A DNA stretch of 64,000 bases. Origin: a virus. The stretch covers positions 1-64,000 of IMG/VR virus record IMGVR_UViG_3300045988_070370, one strand, 5' to 3'. The notes beneath the pieces were generated by a model that did not search any database, had not been told where the DNA came from, and saw only the letters and a program-made list of their open reading frames with translations. Below, piece by piece: positions 43,561 through 51,871 of this stretch. The position numbers were made by a program, and so were the translations under genes. Positions within the stretch are counted from its first letter, which is position 1, and each line of letters begins with the position of its first letter.

Positions 43561-44265
43561 TTAATGTCTTTTCGATTTCTCGATGTTATATTGGTCGCAA
43601 ATGTCGCAGTATGCGCCATAAGCCAAGCTATCAACCATTTCATTGTACTTGTCACCATTGTGACCTTTCACCCAGTGGAAACGGACTCCTGCCAAATGAG
43701 CAGAACATTTCTTGTATAACTCGTAGAGGTCAGGATTCTTCTTTGGCGGAGTACTCTTCCCCAACACAAGTATGCAGTACTGACTATCCGTATAAATATC
43801 AAGATAAGCACCATCAGGACAAGACTTAGCTGCACTAATGATAGCAAGCAACTCCATACGGTTGTTGGTTGTCTGCAATCTGCCGTGATTCTTCATCTTG
43901 ACAATATCGCCATCCTTCAACACGATGTAAGCCGAACCTCCAGCCTTATACTTAGAGTTATTATCACAACTTCCATCCGTATAGGCAACATAGTTCATGC
44001 CATTATCTGGAAAAGGCTCTACTGGGTCAAAATCATCCGACTTTTCTGCCATTTTTTCTCTGATAGTCTTAGAAAATTTCCCTTTAGCGTTGAACACTCC
44101 ATAATTGGCATCCGTGAGAATCATCCAATTTACAGGTTCTTCTCCATTTGCCTTCTTCCATTTTCTATCATCAAGATAATCATAAAGACTTTTGATGAAT
44201 TTATCAGTTCCATAGTTCTTAGATACACAATATCTTTTGAACTTTTCATAAGTTGGTTTATCCAT
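43561..44265 (-). CDS. ribonuclease HI with about-90-aa N-terminal extension
   Basis: The DEDD signature appears in order: AYTDGSC, NNRMELLAI, IYTDSQY, and WVKGHNGDKYNEMVDSLA. Confidence 0.85.
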   Translation of the reverse strand: MDKPTYEKFKRYCVSKNYGTDKFIKSLYDYLDDRKWKKANGEEPVNWMILTDANYGVFNAKGKFSKTIREKMAEKSDDFDPVEPFPDNGMNYVAYTDGSCDNNSKYKAGGSAYIVLKDGDIVKMKNHGRLQTTNNRMELLAIISAAKSCPDGAYLDIYTDSQYCILVLGKSTPPKKNPDLYELYKKCSAHLAGVRFHWVKGHNGDKYNEMVDSLAYGAYCDICDQYNIEKSKRH

Positions 44266-44331
44266 AACTAATAATTTACTTAATATATTTTCTTTCTTTC
44301 AATGTAGGTTACCAGAATAAACACATAAGAA

Positions 44332-45135
44332 TTAACAGAAAAATCCGTCAGGGATTCCTCCAATATTCATGCCTCTCTGGATAACCTTTTCACTCTGCTT
44401 GCCATAGATAAGATGTCTGAATCCATCCGACACCGCTCTATCAGCGATAGAATAGGAACAGGCAAGAACTACAAAACCAAGAGTACCAATAATGAAATCA
44501 GCTTTTGTTTTTCTCGTTCTCAGCAAAGTTCTCTTTGTTTCTTCGTTATTCCTTATGTCAAAGGAATGTTTCTCTGAAAGAGTAGAATTAATTCTTCCAC
44601 TGGCAATGAGCCTTTTCTTGACTCTTGAAACAGAACTAATACTTGTATTGAGAGCCTTATGAAATTGCTTTAATGTGATTGCTTTACCTTTGGCACCGAC
44701 TTTTTCACCCTCAGGTGCTTTCATGCAACAGTCCTTATGCTCGGCAGCACAAATCTGAAACTCAAAAAGCTTCTCATTAATAAGATTGAATAATTCCTTC
44801 AATGTATATTCTTTCACCTCAAACTTACAGACCATAGCACCACGATACTCATGCCCCTTACGAGTCCACTTTATCGTGTTGTCACGGAATGAATGAACAA
44901 TAACCTTGTTTCCGTCAACGGTAAACAAGTCATCATCCTTCATATCTTGAATAAGTCTTTCTGCTTTTGGCTTTCCAATATGTAACTCCTTTCTTAATCT
45001 ATATTCCGTAACATTCCACATTACAGAATTACTATGCTGCATCTTTATCCAAATAGCAACTGCAAGAAGTTCTTTCATGCTCTTGCTTGAAGAGTATGCT
45101 TTCAAAAGTTCTATAGTTATATTTATATACTGCAT
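44332..45135 (-). CDS. hypothetical DNA-binding protein (winged-helix-like segments)
   Basis: Start trimmed to MQYINIT (ATG 45135). The listed longer start would run through an upstream 8-bp inverted repeat (GGAATCCC...GGGATTCC, 45150-45188). The function call is weak. Confidence 0.45.
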   Translation of the reverse strand: MQYINITIELLKAYSSSKSMKELLAVAIWIKMQHSNSVMWNVTEYRLRKELHIGKPKAERLIQDMKDDDLFTVDGNKVIVHSFRDNTIKWTRKGHEYRGAMVCKFEVKEYTLKELFNLINEKLFEFQICAAEHKDCCMKAPEGEKVGAKGKAITLKQFHKALNTSISSVSRVKKRLIASGRINSTLSEKHSFDIRNNEETKRTLLRTRKTKADFIIGTLGFVVLACSYSIADRAVSDGFRHLIYGKQSEKVIQRGMNIGGIPDGFFC

Positions 45136-45329
45136 AGCATAAAAAAAGAGGAATCCCAAGGTCATGTTGCGCTAACCAAGGGATTCCATATCTAAAAAGG
45201 CATAAAGCCTGAAAGGAGGACAAATCTGTATGTGTCAATCGCAACTTTGACGATGCAAATATAGAGGCTTTTTCCGAAACTACCAAATGTGAAAAATCAC
45301 TAAATTGTAAAACATTGAGATTTTAGCAT

Positions 45330-45356
45330 TAGTGGATATGTAGTGGATATATAGTA
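45330..45356. repeat. repeat family R1, proximal copies (TAGTGGATAT x2, then TAGTGGATATATAGTA)
   Basis: TAGTGGATAT occurs at 45330 and 45341. The 16-mer at 45341-45356 recurs with one mismatch at 45680-45695. Confidence 0.7.
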
Positions 45357-45467
45357 CAACATATTTTTAGAATGGTTAATCTTGGTTAAAGTAGTTGTCG
45401 GTATAAAATATAATCACTACTTTTGCAATGATACAAATGTGTTACTTTTCAAAATTTAACATTTGAA

Positions 45468-45486
45468 TGTTACTATTTTGTTACTC
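45468..45486. repeat. repeat family R2 copy 1 (TGTTACTATTTTGTTACTC)
   Basis: A 19-bp perfect direct repeat of 45711-45729. Additional GTTACT and TTAACATTT units lie nearby. Confidence 0.8.
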
Positions 45487-45679
45487 ACGCAAAGCTAATG
45501 AACACATAAGTGTCTGATTATTAGTACTTTACAATAGAAATACAAATTGATGGAATTTACCGCTCAGCAATCAAAGAAAAATAGCTTACTAATACCTATT
45601 ACATAGCTAATAACACCTAAAATACTTATTATCAACCACTTACAAATAGCAATCTGATAAATATCTCCGTTTTAGATAT

Positions 45680-45695
45680 TAGTAGATATATAGTA
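45680..45695. repeat. repeat family R1, distal copy (TAGTAGATATATAGTA)
   Basis: Matches 45341-45356 at 15 of 16 positions. Confidence 0.7.
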
Positions 45696-45710
45696 GGTAT
45701 TAGCATATCT

Positions 45711-45729
45711 TGTTACTATTTTGTTACTC
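45711..45729. repeat. repeat family R2 copy 2 (TGTTACTATTTTGTTACTC)
   Basis: Perfect copy of 45468-45486, 50 nt upstream of the integrase -7 box. Confidence 0.8.
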
Positions 45730-45778
45730 GTTCTTAACATTTATCTCCCATTTTCTTGCAAGTAACAAAAAATATAAT

Positions 45779-45786
45779 TATCTTTG
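45779..45786 (+). promoter_or_regulatory. -7 promoter box TATCTTTG for integrase
   Basis: Lies 26 nt upstream of the ATG at 45813. It falls inside the longer listed ORF (45756), which argues for the downstream start. Confidence 0.5.
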
Positions 45787-45812
45787 CAGCGAAAACCATA
45801 ATAAGGAGGCTT

Positions 45813-46973
45813 ATGAAAGAAAAGAACAATTCAAAAGAACCAGTCACTATCAGATACAAGGAGTTAGCCAATGGCAACCTCAGTATCTACCTTGACATCT
45901 ACAAGGATGGCAAGAGGGCATACGAATTTCTCAAACTTTATCTCCTGCCCGAAACAGGTAAGGATAGAATGGAGCACAAGAGGAAGAACAAGGAGACCAG
46001 GGAAGTAGCCAATCTCATCAAATCACAACGCATCCTTGACATCAAGAACGGAATGGCAGGGATAGAGAGCAAAAACAAAGGAAAAATGAAACTCTCTGAC
46101 TACATAGACAAATTCATAAAATACAAGAAGGGAGTAAACCCTACCTATAATGACTCCTTCCTTAATCGAACGAAATCGCTTGTTGTAGAATACAAAGGCG
46201 ATAATGTACTTATGAAGGATATAAACAAAGAATGGTGCTTAGGCTACATTAGATTCCTGAATACAACAACCTCTCACAGAGGTAAACCGCTCGGTAAGAA
46301 CTCAATAAAGACATACTACAGATACTTTGGTTCTGTTATCATCAAGGCTGCAAAGGATGAAATCATACAGAAGAATCCTTTGGATCAGATTGAAACAGAA
46401 GAAAAGCCAAAGGCAAATGATGATGCAGGAAGGGTGTACCTGACCATAGACGAGATAAGAAAGATGGCAGAGACTGAATGCGAGAAAGAGGTCATTAAAC
46501 GTGCATTCATGTTTTCCTGTTTTTGCGGATTGCGAATATCAGACATCAGGAAGCTGAAATGGACAGATATAGAGCAGACAACAGATGGCGATGGAAATAC
46601 TCACTACCGCCTTTCAACGACCATGCAGAAGACTCAGAAGACCATCACCTACCAGTTATCCAATGAAGCTGTCAAATGGCTACCTGAAAGAAGTGAAGGC
46701 GAACTTGTGTTCGACCATCTTACCAAGAAGTCCAAGTTGAGTATGGTAGTGAAAGACTGGGCAAAGGCAGCAGGAATAGATAAGTATGTTACATTCCATA
46801 CCGCCAGACATTCTTTTGCCACAATGATGCTGACACTTGGAGCAGACATCTACACTACCAGCAAGTTACTTGGGCACTCCAAGATACAGACAACCGAGAT
46901 ATATGCTAAGATAATTGATAAGAAGAAGGATGAAGCCATGGGACTCATTGATAAGTTCTTTGATAAAGGTTAA
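45813..46973 (+). CDS. int: tyrosine recombinase / phage integrase
   Basis: Catalytic residues appear in order: GLRISDI (Arg), HTARHSFAT (His-x-x-Arg) and LGHSKIQTTEIYAKI (His...Tyr). The N-terminal arm-binding-type segment VTIRYKELANGNLSIYLDIYKDGKR is typical of Bacteroidota integrases. Confidence 0.9.
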   Translation: MKEKNNSKEPVTIRYKELANGNLSIYLDIYKDGKRAYEFLKLYLLPETGKDRMEHKRKNKETREVANLIKSQRILDIKNGMAGIESKNKGKMKLSDYIDKFIKYKKGVNPTYNDSFLNRTKSLVVEYKGDNVLMKDINKEWCLGYIRFLNTTTSHRGKPLGKNSIKTYYRYFGSVIIKAAKDEIIQKNPLDQIETEEKPKANDDAGRVYLTIDEIRKMAETECEKEVIKRAFMFSCFCGLRISDIRKLKWTDIEQTTDGDGNTHYRLSTTMQKTQKTITYQLSNEAVKWLPERSEGELVFDHLTKKSKLSMVVKDWAKAAGIDKYVTFHTARHSFATMMLTLGADIYTTSKLLGHSKIQTTEIYAKIIDKKKDEAMGLIDKFFDKG

Positions 46974-47017
46974 TAGTTAAACTATGTAATTTGCTTCTGA
47001 TTCTCAGGAGAAAACCG

Positions 47018-47025
47018 TAATTTTG
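47018..47025 (+). promoter_or_regulatory. -7 promoter box TAATTTTG
   Basis: Lies 28 nt upstream of the ATG at 47054. Confidence 0.45.
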
Positions 47026-47053
47026 CCTCATAAACTTTATAAACTCATTGCTT

Positions 47054-47458
47054 ATGAATGCTTTAGATGTAGATTTATATGTGCTTCTTGATTTTCAGTA
47101 CCAAAAAAGCGAAAAAGAAATCAGGGCATACCGTTACTTGCACGAAAGTCAGCGTGTATTTAGCGACCTTCTTTACAAAGACAGAGTAAAATGTCTAACA
47201 AAGCTTGGCTACCTTGCTCATGGTATCGGAATGAGCGATGATGGTGTCAGAGACCATTGGTGGGTTACCGAAGAAGGAAAAGAAAAAATCAAGGAGTGTA
47301 TGGAACGCTCTTCAATATACAAAATAAGAAGACTCTCCAAAAAGTATGGAGTTGTAAGAGACCAGCTACATATCTTTTGGGAAAGCCTTCCTTATGCGTT
47401 CATTATATACTTCATCGGTCTAATTATATTTAGCTTCATCAGAAAATGGATATTCTAA
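47054..47458 (+). CDS. TM-anchored small protein, paralog of 47501..47926
   Basis: Soluble N-domain (LYVLLD...) plus a C-terminal TM helix LPYAFIIYFIGLIIFSFI. Same layout as the convergent neighbour. Confidence 0.55.
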   Translation: MNALDVDLYVLLDFQYQKSEKEIRAYRYLHESQRVFSDLLYKDRVKCLTKLGYLAHGIGMSDDGVRDHWWVTEEGKEKIKECMERSSIYKIRRLSKKYGVVRDQLHIFWESLPYAFIIYFIGLIIFSFIRKWIF

Positions 47459-47500
47459 ATGATAAGATAGCATTAGGCGCAATAATTGGGATTTCTTTAG

Positions 47501-47926
47501 CTATCGTTGTTTCAGTACTATATATGTAACTACAGAACCGACAATAGCCCCAATGAAAGCGTCTGCAACCATCCACATAATCTTGTAGATTACACCATGT
47601 TGTTCCTTAAATGAAGACTCCTTCTTTAGAGCCTTCACTTCCTCCTCATGCTCCTTTTTTAACATACTGCCATTCCAAAGGATTGGTATCTGGCTCCTGC
47701 CCTGCTTGGTAACACTATACACCACCCTGGATTCTTGGTTACTATAGGCATACCCTCGGTTGAGGTATTCGCTCTTCACCAATAGTTCTGCAACACCCTC
47801 TTTCCAAGCACCATCAGGAGATACGTTATCATAAATGATACTCCATATCTCCTGCTCATACTCAGACTTGTCTCGGATGCTATCCAGCAGCACGTAAAGC
47901 TTCTGTTCATTTGTTATCTCAGCCAT
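47501..47926 (-). CDS. TM-anchored small protein, last gene of repressor operon
   Basis: Soluble N-domain (KLYVLLDSIRDKSEYE...) plus a C-terminal TM helix IMWMVADAFIGAIVGSVVTYIVL. Its start overlaps the upstream stop (TAATG). Confidence 0.6.
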   Translation of the reverse strand: MAEITNEQKLYVLLDSIRDKSEYEQEIWSIIYDNVSPDGAWKEGVAELLVKSEYLNRGYAYSNQESRVVYSVTKQGRSQIPILWNGSMLKKEHEEEVKALKKESSFKEQHGVIYKIMWMVADAFIGAIVGSVVTYIVLKQR

Positions 47927-49116
47927 TATTTTATCCCCAAACTTTGTATTTGATTTTTTAAGATTTTTGATTTTGTTATATAATCAATGTTATTTAAACG
48001 GCAATGATTTATGGTTACATCATTGCCAGACATTGCGCCAAAAACCAAACTACAAATATACCCATTATAATCACCTCGTTTCTGAGAAATAGTTGCCATC
48101 ATAAGAAAACAACTTCCTATTGTATCGTTAACTCGACCTTTTCCATCAAGTACATCTATTTTGGATAAGCCATATCTATCTTGTAATACAGACAAACTTT
48201 TCTCGAAACAAGAATTTGCTAACGTGTACGCATTTTTGTCGTAATATGCAAAGCCTTGCATATAATATGCATCTCCCAAAAGTTCATTCAACAAATTAGA
48301 GGAAAGAGATAAGTATTGTCTCTTGTGCTCAATACAATCTATCAGTTTTTCCGAATATAATATCGTGTTATCTCTATCCTTTAAACCGTCATAGGCTATC
48401 ATTCGATAATAATATGAATAGAAATAAGAATCGTCTGACAAATATATATAAGGGTCATCAATCCATTCGTTACATACATCAATACACTCTCTATCTTTAT
48501 GTGTACTAAGATAACATCTTGCTAAGTATCTGTAGCCTTTATCCGTTAAAAGGTTTTTATATTTAAAATCTTCCATTTGATGAATAATCATACTATAACT
48601 TCCAGAAGAAAAATTAGATTCTAAACCTTCATATACTTTATCTATATACTCAGGGCTATAATTTGCCGTTGATTTATTTATAATAAGCTTGTTCCCATCT
48701 ATACCAACCTTACCAATTTTCTGAATTGCAGACAAACCTAACAATAAAGGTGCTCTTTGACTATCCAATATAACAGCCTCGACATCATCAATTTTAATAC
48801 CACCTATCTCTAATCTTTTTATTTTAACAACAATATGGTCTATACTTTCACCAGACGCAATAGTAGAAGACCCCTCGCCAATAACGTCTGTTTCACGCAA
48901 CAATCCATTACGGAACATATAAGACGCAACCTTAGAAGACAGACTAACATCGGATGCTCCTGTGTCAAATATCATACTAACTTTATAGCCATTAACTGTA
49001 CACGGAACCGTAAAAACACCACCATCTTTTGTCATTTCTATAACTGTTTGTGAAAAAACACATAAGCTAATTAACATAAAAGACAAAACAAACATTACTC
49101 TTTTCATACCTACCAC
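47926..49116 (-). CDS. secreted/lipoprotein retropepsin-like aspartic protease fused to TPR-like repeats (396 aa)
   Basis: Signal peptide MKRVMFVLSFMLISLCVFSQ. Clan AA signature VNGYKVSMIFDTGASDVSLS ... IGGIKIDDVEAVILD...APLLLGLSAI. The C-terminal about 230 aa are Tyr/Leu-rich and helical-repeat-like. Confidence 0.65.
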   Translation of the reverse strand: MVGMKRVMFVLSFMLISLCVFSQTVIEMTKDGGVFTVPCTVNGYKVSMIFDTGASDVSLSSKVASYMFRNGLLRETDVIGEGSSTIASGESIDHIVVKIKRLEIGGIKIDDVEAVILDSQRAPLLLGLSAIQKIGKVGIDGNKLIINKSTANYSPEYIDKVYEGLESNFSSGSYSMIIHQMEDFKYKNLLTDKGYRYLARCYLSTHKDRECIDVCNEWIDDPYIYLSDDSYFYSYYYRMIAYDGLKDRDNTILYSEKLIDCIEHKRQYLSLSSNLLNELLGDAYYMQGFAYYDKNAYTLANSCFEKSLSVLQDRYGLSKIDVLDGKGRVNDTIGSCFLMMATISQKRGDYNGYICSLVFGAMSGNDVTINHCRLNNIDYITKSKILKNQIQSLGIK

Positions 49117-49123
49117 ACATTAA

Positions 49124-49507
49124 TTATCCTACACTTCTCTTACCCATAACACCGCCAAGATTAGACACCAACATATCGTAGCAATCCTTAATAGCTTCGT
49201 ACTTCGCCTTCCAGACAGAATCATGTTCTACTACATCAGATTCTCTTCCTTTAGTATCTTGCATTTTTGCAAGAGTCATTTGTTCACTAATAAGCATTTC
49301 GCCTTTTCCACGCAATAACCATTCGGCAGAAACGTCAGGAAAGACAGAAAGGACTCCCTCTATCACCTTAGATGACAAAGCTTGGTCTCCTTTTAATTGT
49401 CTATTAACCGTACTCGGAATCATTTCAAGCATATTTGCAAGACCATTTGGAGTTTTACAAAAATGCTTTAAAACAACGTTAATACGTTCAATTACAGATA
49501 CTTCCAT
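49124..49507 (-). CDS. CI-like phage repressor (HTH)
   Basis: The N-terminal pattern ERINVVLKHF...PNGLANMLEMIPSTVNRQLKG...VLSVFPDVSAEWLLRGKGEM is typical of Bacteroidota CI-repressor-type HTH domains. It is divergent from a Cro-like gene. Confidence 0.6.
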   Translation of the reverse strand: MEVSVIERINVVLKHFCKTPNGLANMLEMIPSTVNRQLKGDQALSSKVIEGVLSVFPDVSAEWLLRGKGEMLISEQMTLAKMQDTKGRESDVVEHDSVWKAKYEAIKDCYDMLVSNLGGVMGKRSVG

Positions 49508-49569
49508 ACATTTTACATTTTTATACCATAATTAAATATTGTTAATTTGCGCAACTTTTTCGACAAAAG

Positions 49570-49586
49570 CTTGCATTTTTTGCAAG
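49570..49586. promoter_or_regulatory. operator-like inverted repeat in the switch region
   Basis: CTTGCA-TTTTT-TGCAAG is a perfect 6-bp-arm palindrome, 9 nt upstream of the Cro-side -7 box. Confidence 0.45.
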
Positions 49587-49594
49587 ATATTATA

Positions 49595-49602
49595 TACCTT
49601 TG
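49595..49602 (+). promoter_or_regulatory. -7 promoter box TACCTTTG (lytic/early rightward promoter candidate)
   Basis: Lies 59 nt upstream of the ATG at 49662. Confidence 0.45.
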
Positions 49603-49661
49603 CACTCGTAATCAATAAGTGCTTAATTATTAAAAGCAAAAATACAACAAAAAATTAAGTT

Positions 49662-49859
49662 ATGCAAGCAAAAAAGATAAAAATTATCAAAGTTCCGCTT
49701 GAAGGACGAAAAAAACTTGCAGAGCGATATGGTTGTTGCAGAGAGACAATCTTCAACGCTCTTGCATTTAGGAGTCAGAGCAAGCAGTCCGAGGACATCA
49801 GGCAAGATGCTCTGAATGACTTCGGAGGAGTGGAGACTGACAAGGTTGTGTTCTATTAA
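49662..49859 (+). CDS. Cro-like small HTH regulator (65 aa)
   Basis: Small basic ORF divergent from the CI-like gene. The segment LAERYGCCRETIFNAL is HTH-like. Confidence 0.5.
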   Translation: MQAKKIKIIKVPLEGRKKLAERYGCCRETIFNALAFRSQSKQSEDIRQDALNDFGGVETDKVVFY

Positions 49860-49873
49860 AAAAGGAGGTGAGC

Positions 49874-50113
49874 ATGATTAAAAGATTATTCAGAACATGG
49901 CTGAGGTATAAACTCGTAAGAATGATTGGCGAACGTGAAACCAACTTTGAAGAAGTTTTTGAATGGATTTACAATTCGCCAATCACGGATTGGAAGATAA
50001 TGCTCTACTTGGCAAACAAATTCGATGGGTGTATAGATTCACAATCGCATCCGAACAAATTTAAAGTTGATTTGGATAGAGCAAAGGAAGTTTTAAATTT
50101 TATCAAGAACTAA
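49874..50113 (+). CDS. hypothetical protein (79 aa)
   Basis: ATG at 49874 (the listed start at 49868 is GTG). Confidence 0.45.
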   Translation: MIKRLFRTWLRYKLVRMIGERETNFEEVFEWIYNSPITDWKIMLYLANKFDGCIDSQSHPNKFKVDLDRAKEVLNFIKN

Positions 50114-50293
50114 CAATATTGTTATTCTGGTATTTTCACTTCCACCTCGTGTAACTTGCGTACTATTACAAGTTGATACGCTTGATACTTTCCAACCATC
50201 AAGATTGGATTGACTGACAATAGAGTTAAGATAACTCTCCAAATCATTTAGCTCATCTATTGAGCGTGTGATTGCAACGATTTTCTGTTTCAT
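50093..50293 (-). CDS. hypothetical small protein (66 aa)
   Basis: Start trimmed to MKQKIVAITR (ATG 50293), 40 nt downstream of a TACCTTTG box. Convergent with 49874..50113, overlapping it by 21 nt. Confidence 0.4.
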   Translation of the reverse strand: MKQKIVAITRSIDELNDLESYLNSIVSQSNLDGWKVSSVSTCNSTQVTRGGSENTRITILLVLDKI

Positions 50294-50332
50294 ACGAAAT
50301 TGAATTAAGTTAAAATAAAAATTTGTCAACCG

Positions 50333-50340
50333 CAAAGGTA
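50333..50340 (-). promoter_or_regulatory. -7 promoter box (TACCTTTG on minus strand)
   Basis: Plus-strand CAAAGGTA upstream of the start at 50293. Confidence 0.4.
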
Positions 50341-50449
50341 CAAAATAAAAACTACAATCGGGCAACGGTAGATATAATAATGTATAAAATGAAAATTTGT
50401 CACTTTCTGTTTCATACACTACCGCCCGATTTTAAAACTGGAGGAAAAT

Positions 50450-51325
50450 ATGAATGAAATTGTTTACAGAGGTGAAAGCAACCAACCTCTAACAAATAGC
50501 AAACTGGTTGCTGAGGTCTTCGGCAAAGAGCACCGCAATGTTGTAAGAGACATTAAAAACCTCATCGAAGGGGGTGTGCTCAAAAATGAGCAGACCCCGA
50601 TGTTTGAAGAAACTACCTACATCAACGAGCAGAACAAACAGAGTTATCCTATGTTCATCATGAACCAAGATGGTTTCACCTTGCTGGCGATGGGATTCAA
50701 TGGCAAGAAAGCGATGGAGTTCAAACTTAAATACATTGAAGCCTTCAACGCTATGAAGAGACAGATTGAGCAATCCAAGCCATCAGTCCCTCAGAACTAT
50801 CTCGAAGCTCTCAAATCTCTGGTCAAGGCAGAAGAGGAGAAACAGCAGTTAGCCTTGGAGAACAAGCAGCAGCAAGCAACCATCCTCACTATCAGCAAGG
50901 AGAACATGGAACTTGGGAACAAGATTACCGAAATGCTGCCTAAGGTAAGCTACTACGACCAAATCCTGCAAAGCAATGCCACCATGACCATCACCCAGAT
51001 AGCGCAGGACTACGGAATGAGTGCGGTGAGAATGAACAAAGAGTTGGAATCTATGAGAATCCAGCATAAGGTTCGAGGTCAGTGGATATTGTACGGACAG
51101 TTCCTTACTGGCGGCTACGTTCATAGCAGAGCAGTTGACATCATCCGTTCAGACGGAAGGCATGACGTGAAGTATAACACCGAGTGGACAACCAAGGGAA
51201 GAATCTTCCTTTATGATGCACTCAAAGCGAAGGGCATTCTCCCCTTAATAGAGCAGGAATGTACTCCCAGTAGTAAAGGCACTGGTAGAACAGAGTCGTC
51301 AAAGACAACTGGTGCCTGTCAGTAA
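50450..51325 (+). CDS. antirepressor: Rha-family N-domain plus KilAC/ANT C-domain
   Basis: The N-terminal LTNSKLVAEVFGKEHRNVVRDIKNL...FTLLAMGFNGKKAMEFKLKYIEAFN fits the Rha pattern. The C-terminal YDQILQSN..MTITQIAQDYGMSAVRMNKEL fits the KilAC pattern. Confidence 0.75.
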   Translation: MNEIVYRGESNQPLTNSKLVAEVFGKEHRNVVRDIKNLIEGGVLKNEQTPMFEETTYINEQNKQSYPMFIMNQDGFTLLAMGFNGKKAMEFKLKYIEAFNAMKRQIEQSKPSVPQNYLEALKSLVKAEEEKQQLALENKQQQATILTISKENMELGNKITEMLPKVSYYDQILQSNATMTITQIAQDYGMSAVRMNKELESMRIQHKVRGQWILYGQFLTGGYVHSRAVDIIRSDGRHDVKYNTEWTTKGRIFLYDALKAKGILPLIEQECTPSSKGTGRTESSKTTGACQ

Positions 51326-51626
51326 ACCATCAAATTCAACTGATATGATAGACCCACAGATTAAGGAGCAGTTAGACCGCATCGAGCAGTATTCGATGAT
51401 AGCTGCAAAGAATGTGCTCAACATTCAGGAAGCTGCAATCATCCTTGGCATGACGGTAGAAGGTGTGAGGTATAATGTTAGAAACAACAAACTTCCCTGC
51501 TACAAACCGAACGTCAACCGACTCTACTTCAAGAAGAGTGAGCTGGAAGACTGGATGATGCAGAACCGCTCGAAGAGTATGGCAGAGATAGAATCAGAGG
51601 CAGCAGCCTATTGTACAACCCATTAA
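51312..51626 (+). CDS. excisionase-like / MerR-type HTH protein
   Basis: LNIQEAAIILGMTVEGVRYNVRNNKLPCYK...LYFKKSELEDWM fits the excisionase-family HTH pattern. An alternative start, MIDPQ, is at 51345. Confidence 0.55.
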   Translation: MPVSKPSNSTDMIDPQIKEQLDRIEQYSMIAAKNVLNIQEAAIILGMTVEGVRYNVRNNKLPCYKPNVNRLYFKKSELEDWMMQNRSKSMAEIESEAAAYCTTH

Positions 51627-51871
51627 AAATATAGAATATGTTCTCAACAGTTATGTTATTATTGTCAATTATCACTTTTTGCGTGATGACAAACGAGATT
51701 TACCGCTCATTCAAGGAATGGGGCAAATAAGAGACATGGTGAGTGAACCTCAAATAAAGTTCATATAGATAAAAATTTAGTTAGCGTTATTGATATTGTT
51801 TAAGTGGAGGTTTTTGAAGTTCACTACTTCCACTCACCACAAGCCAGAAATGTTTTATGTTGATGCGTAAG

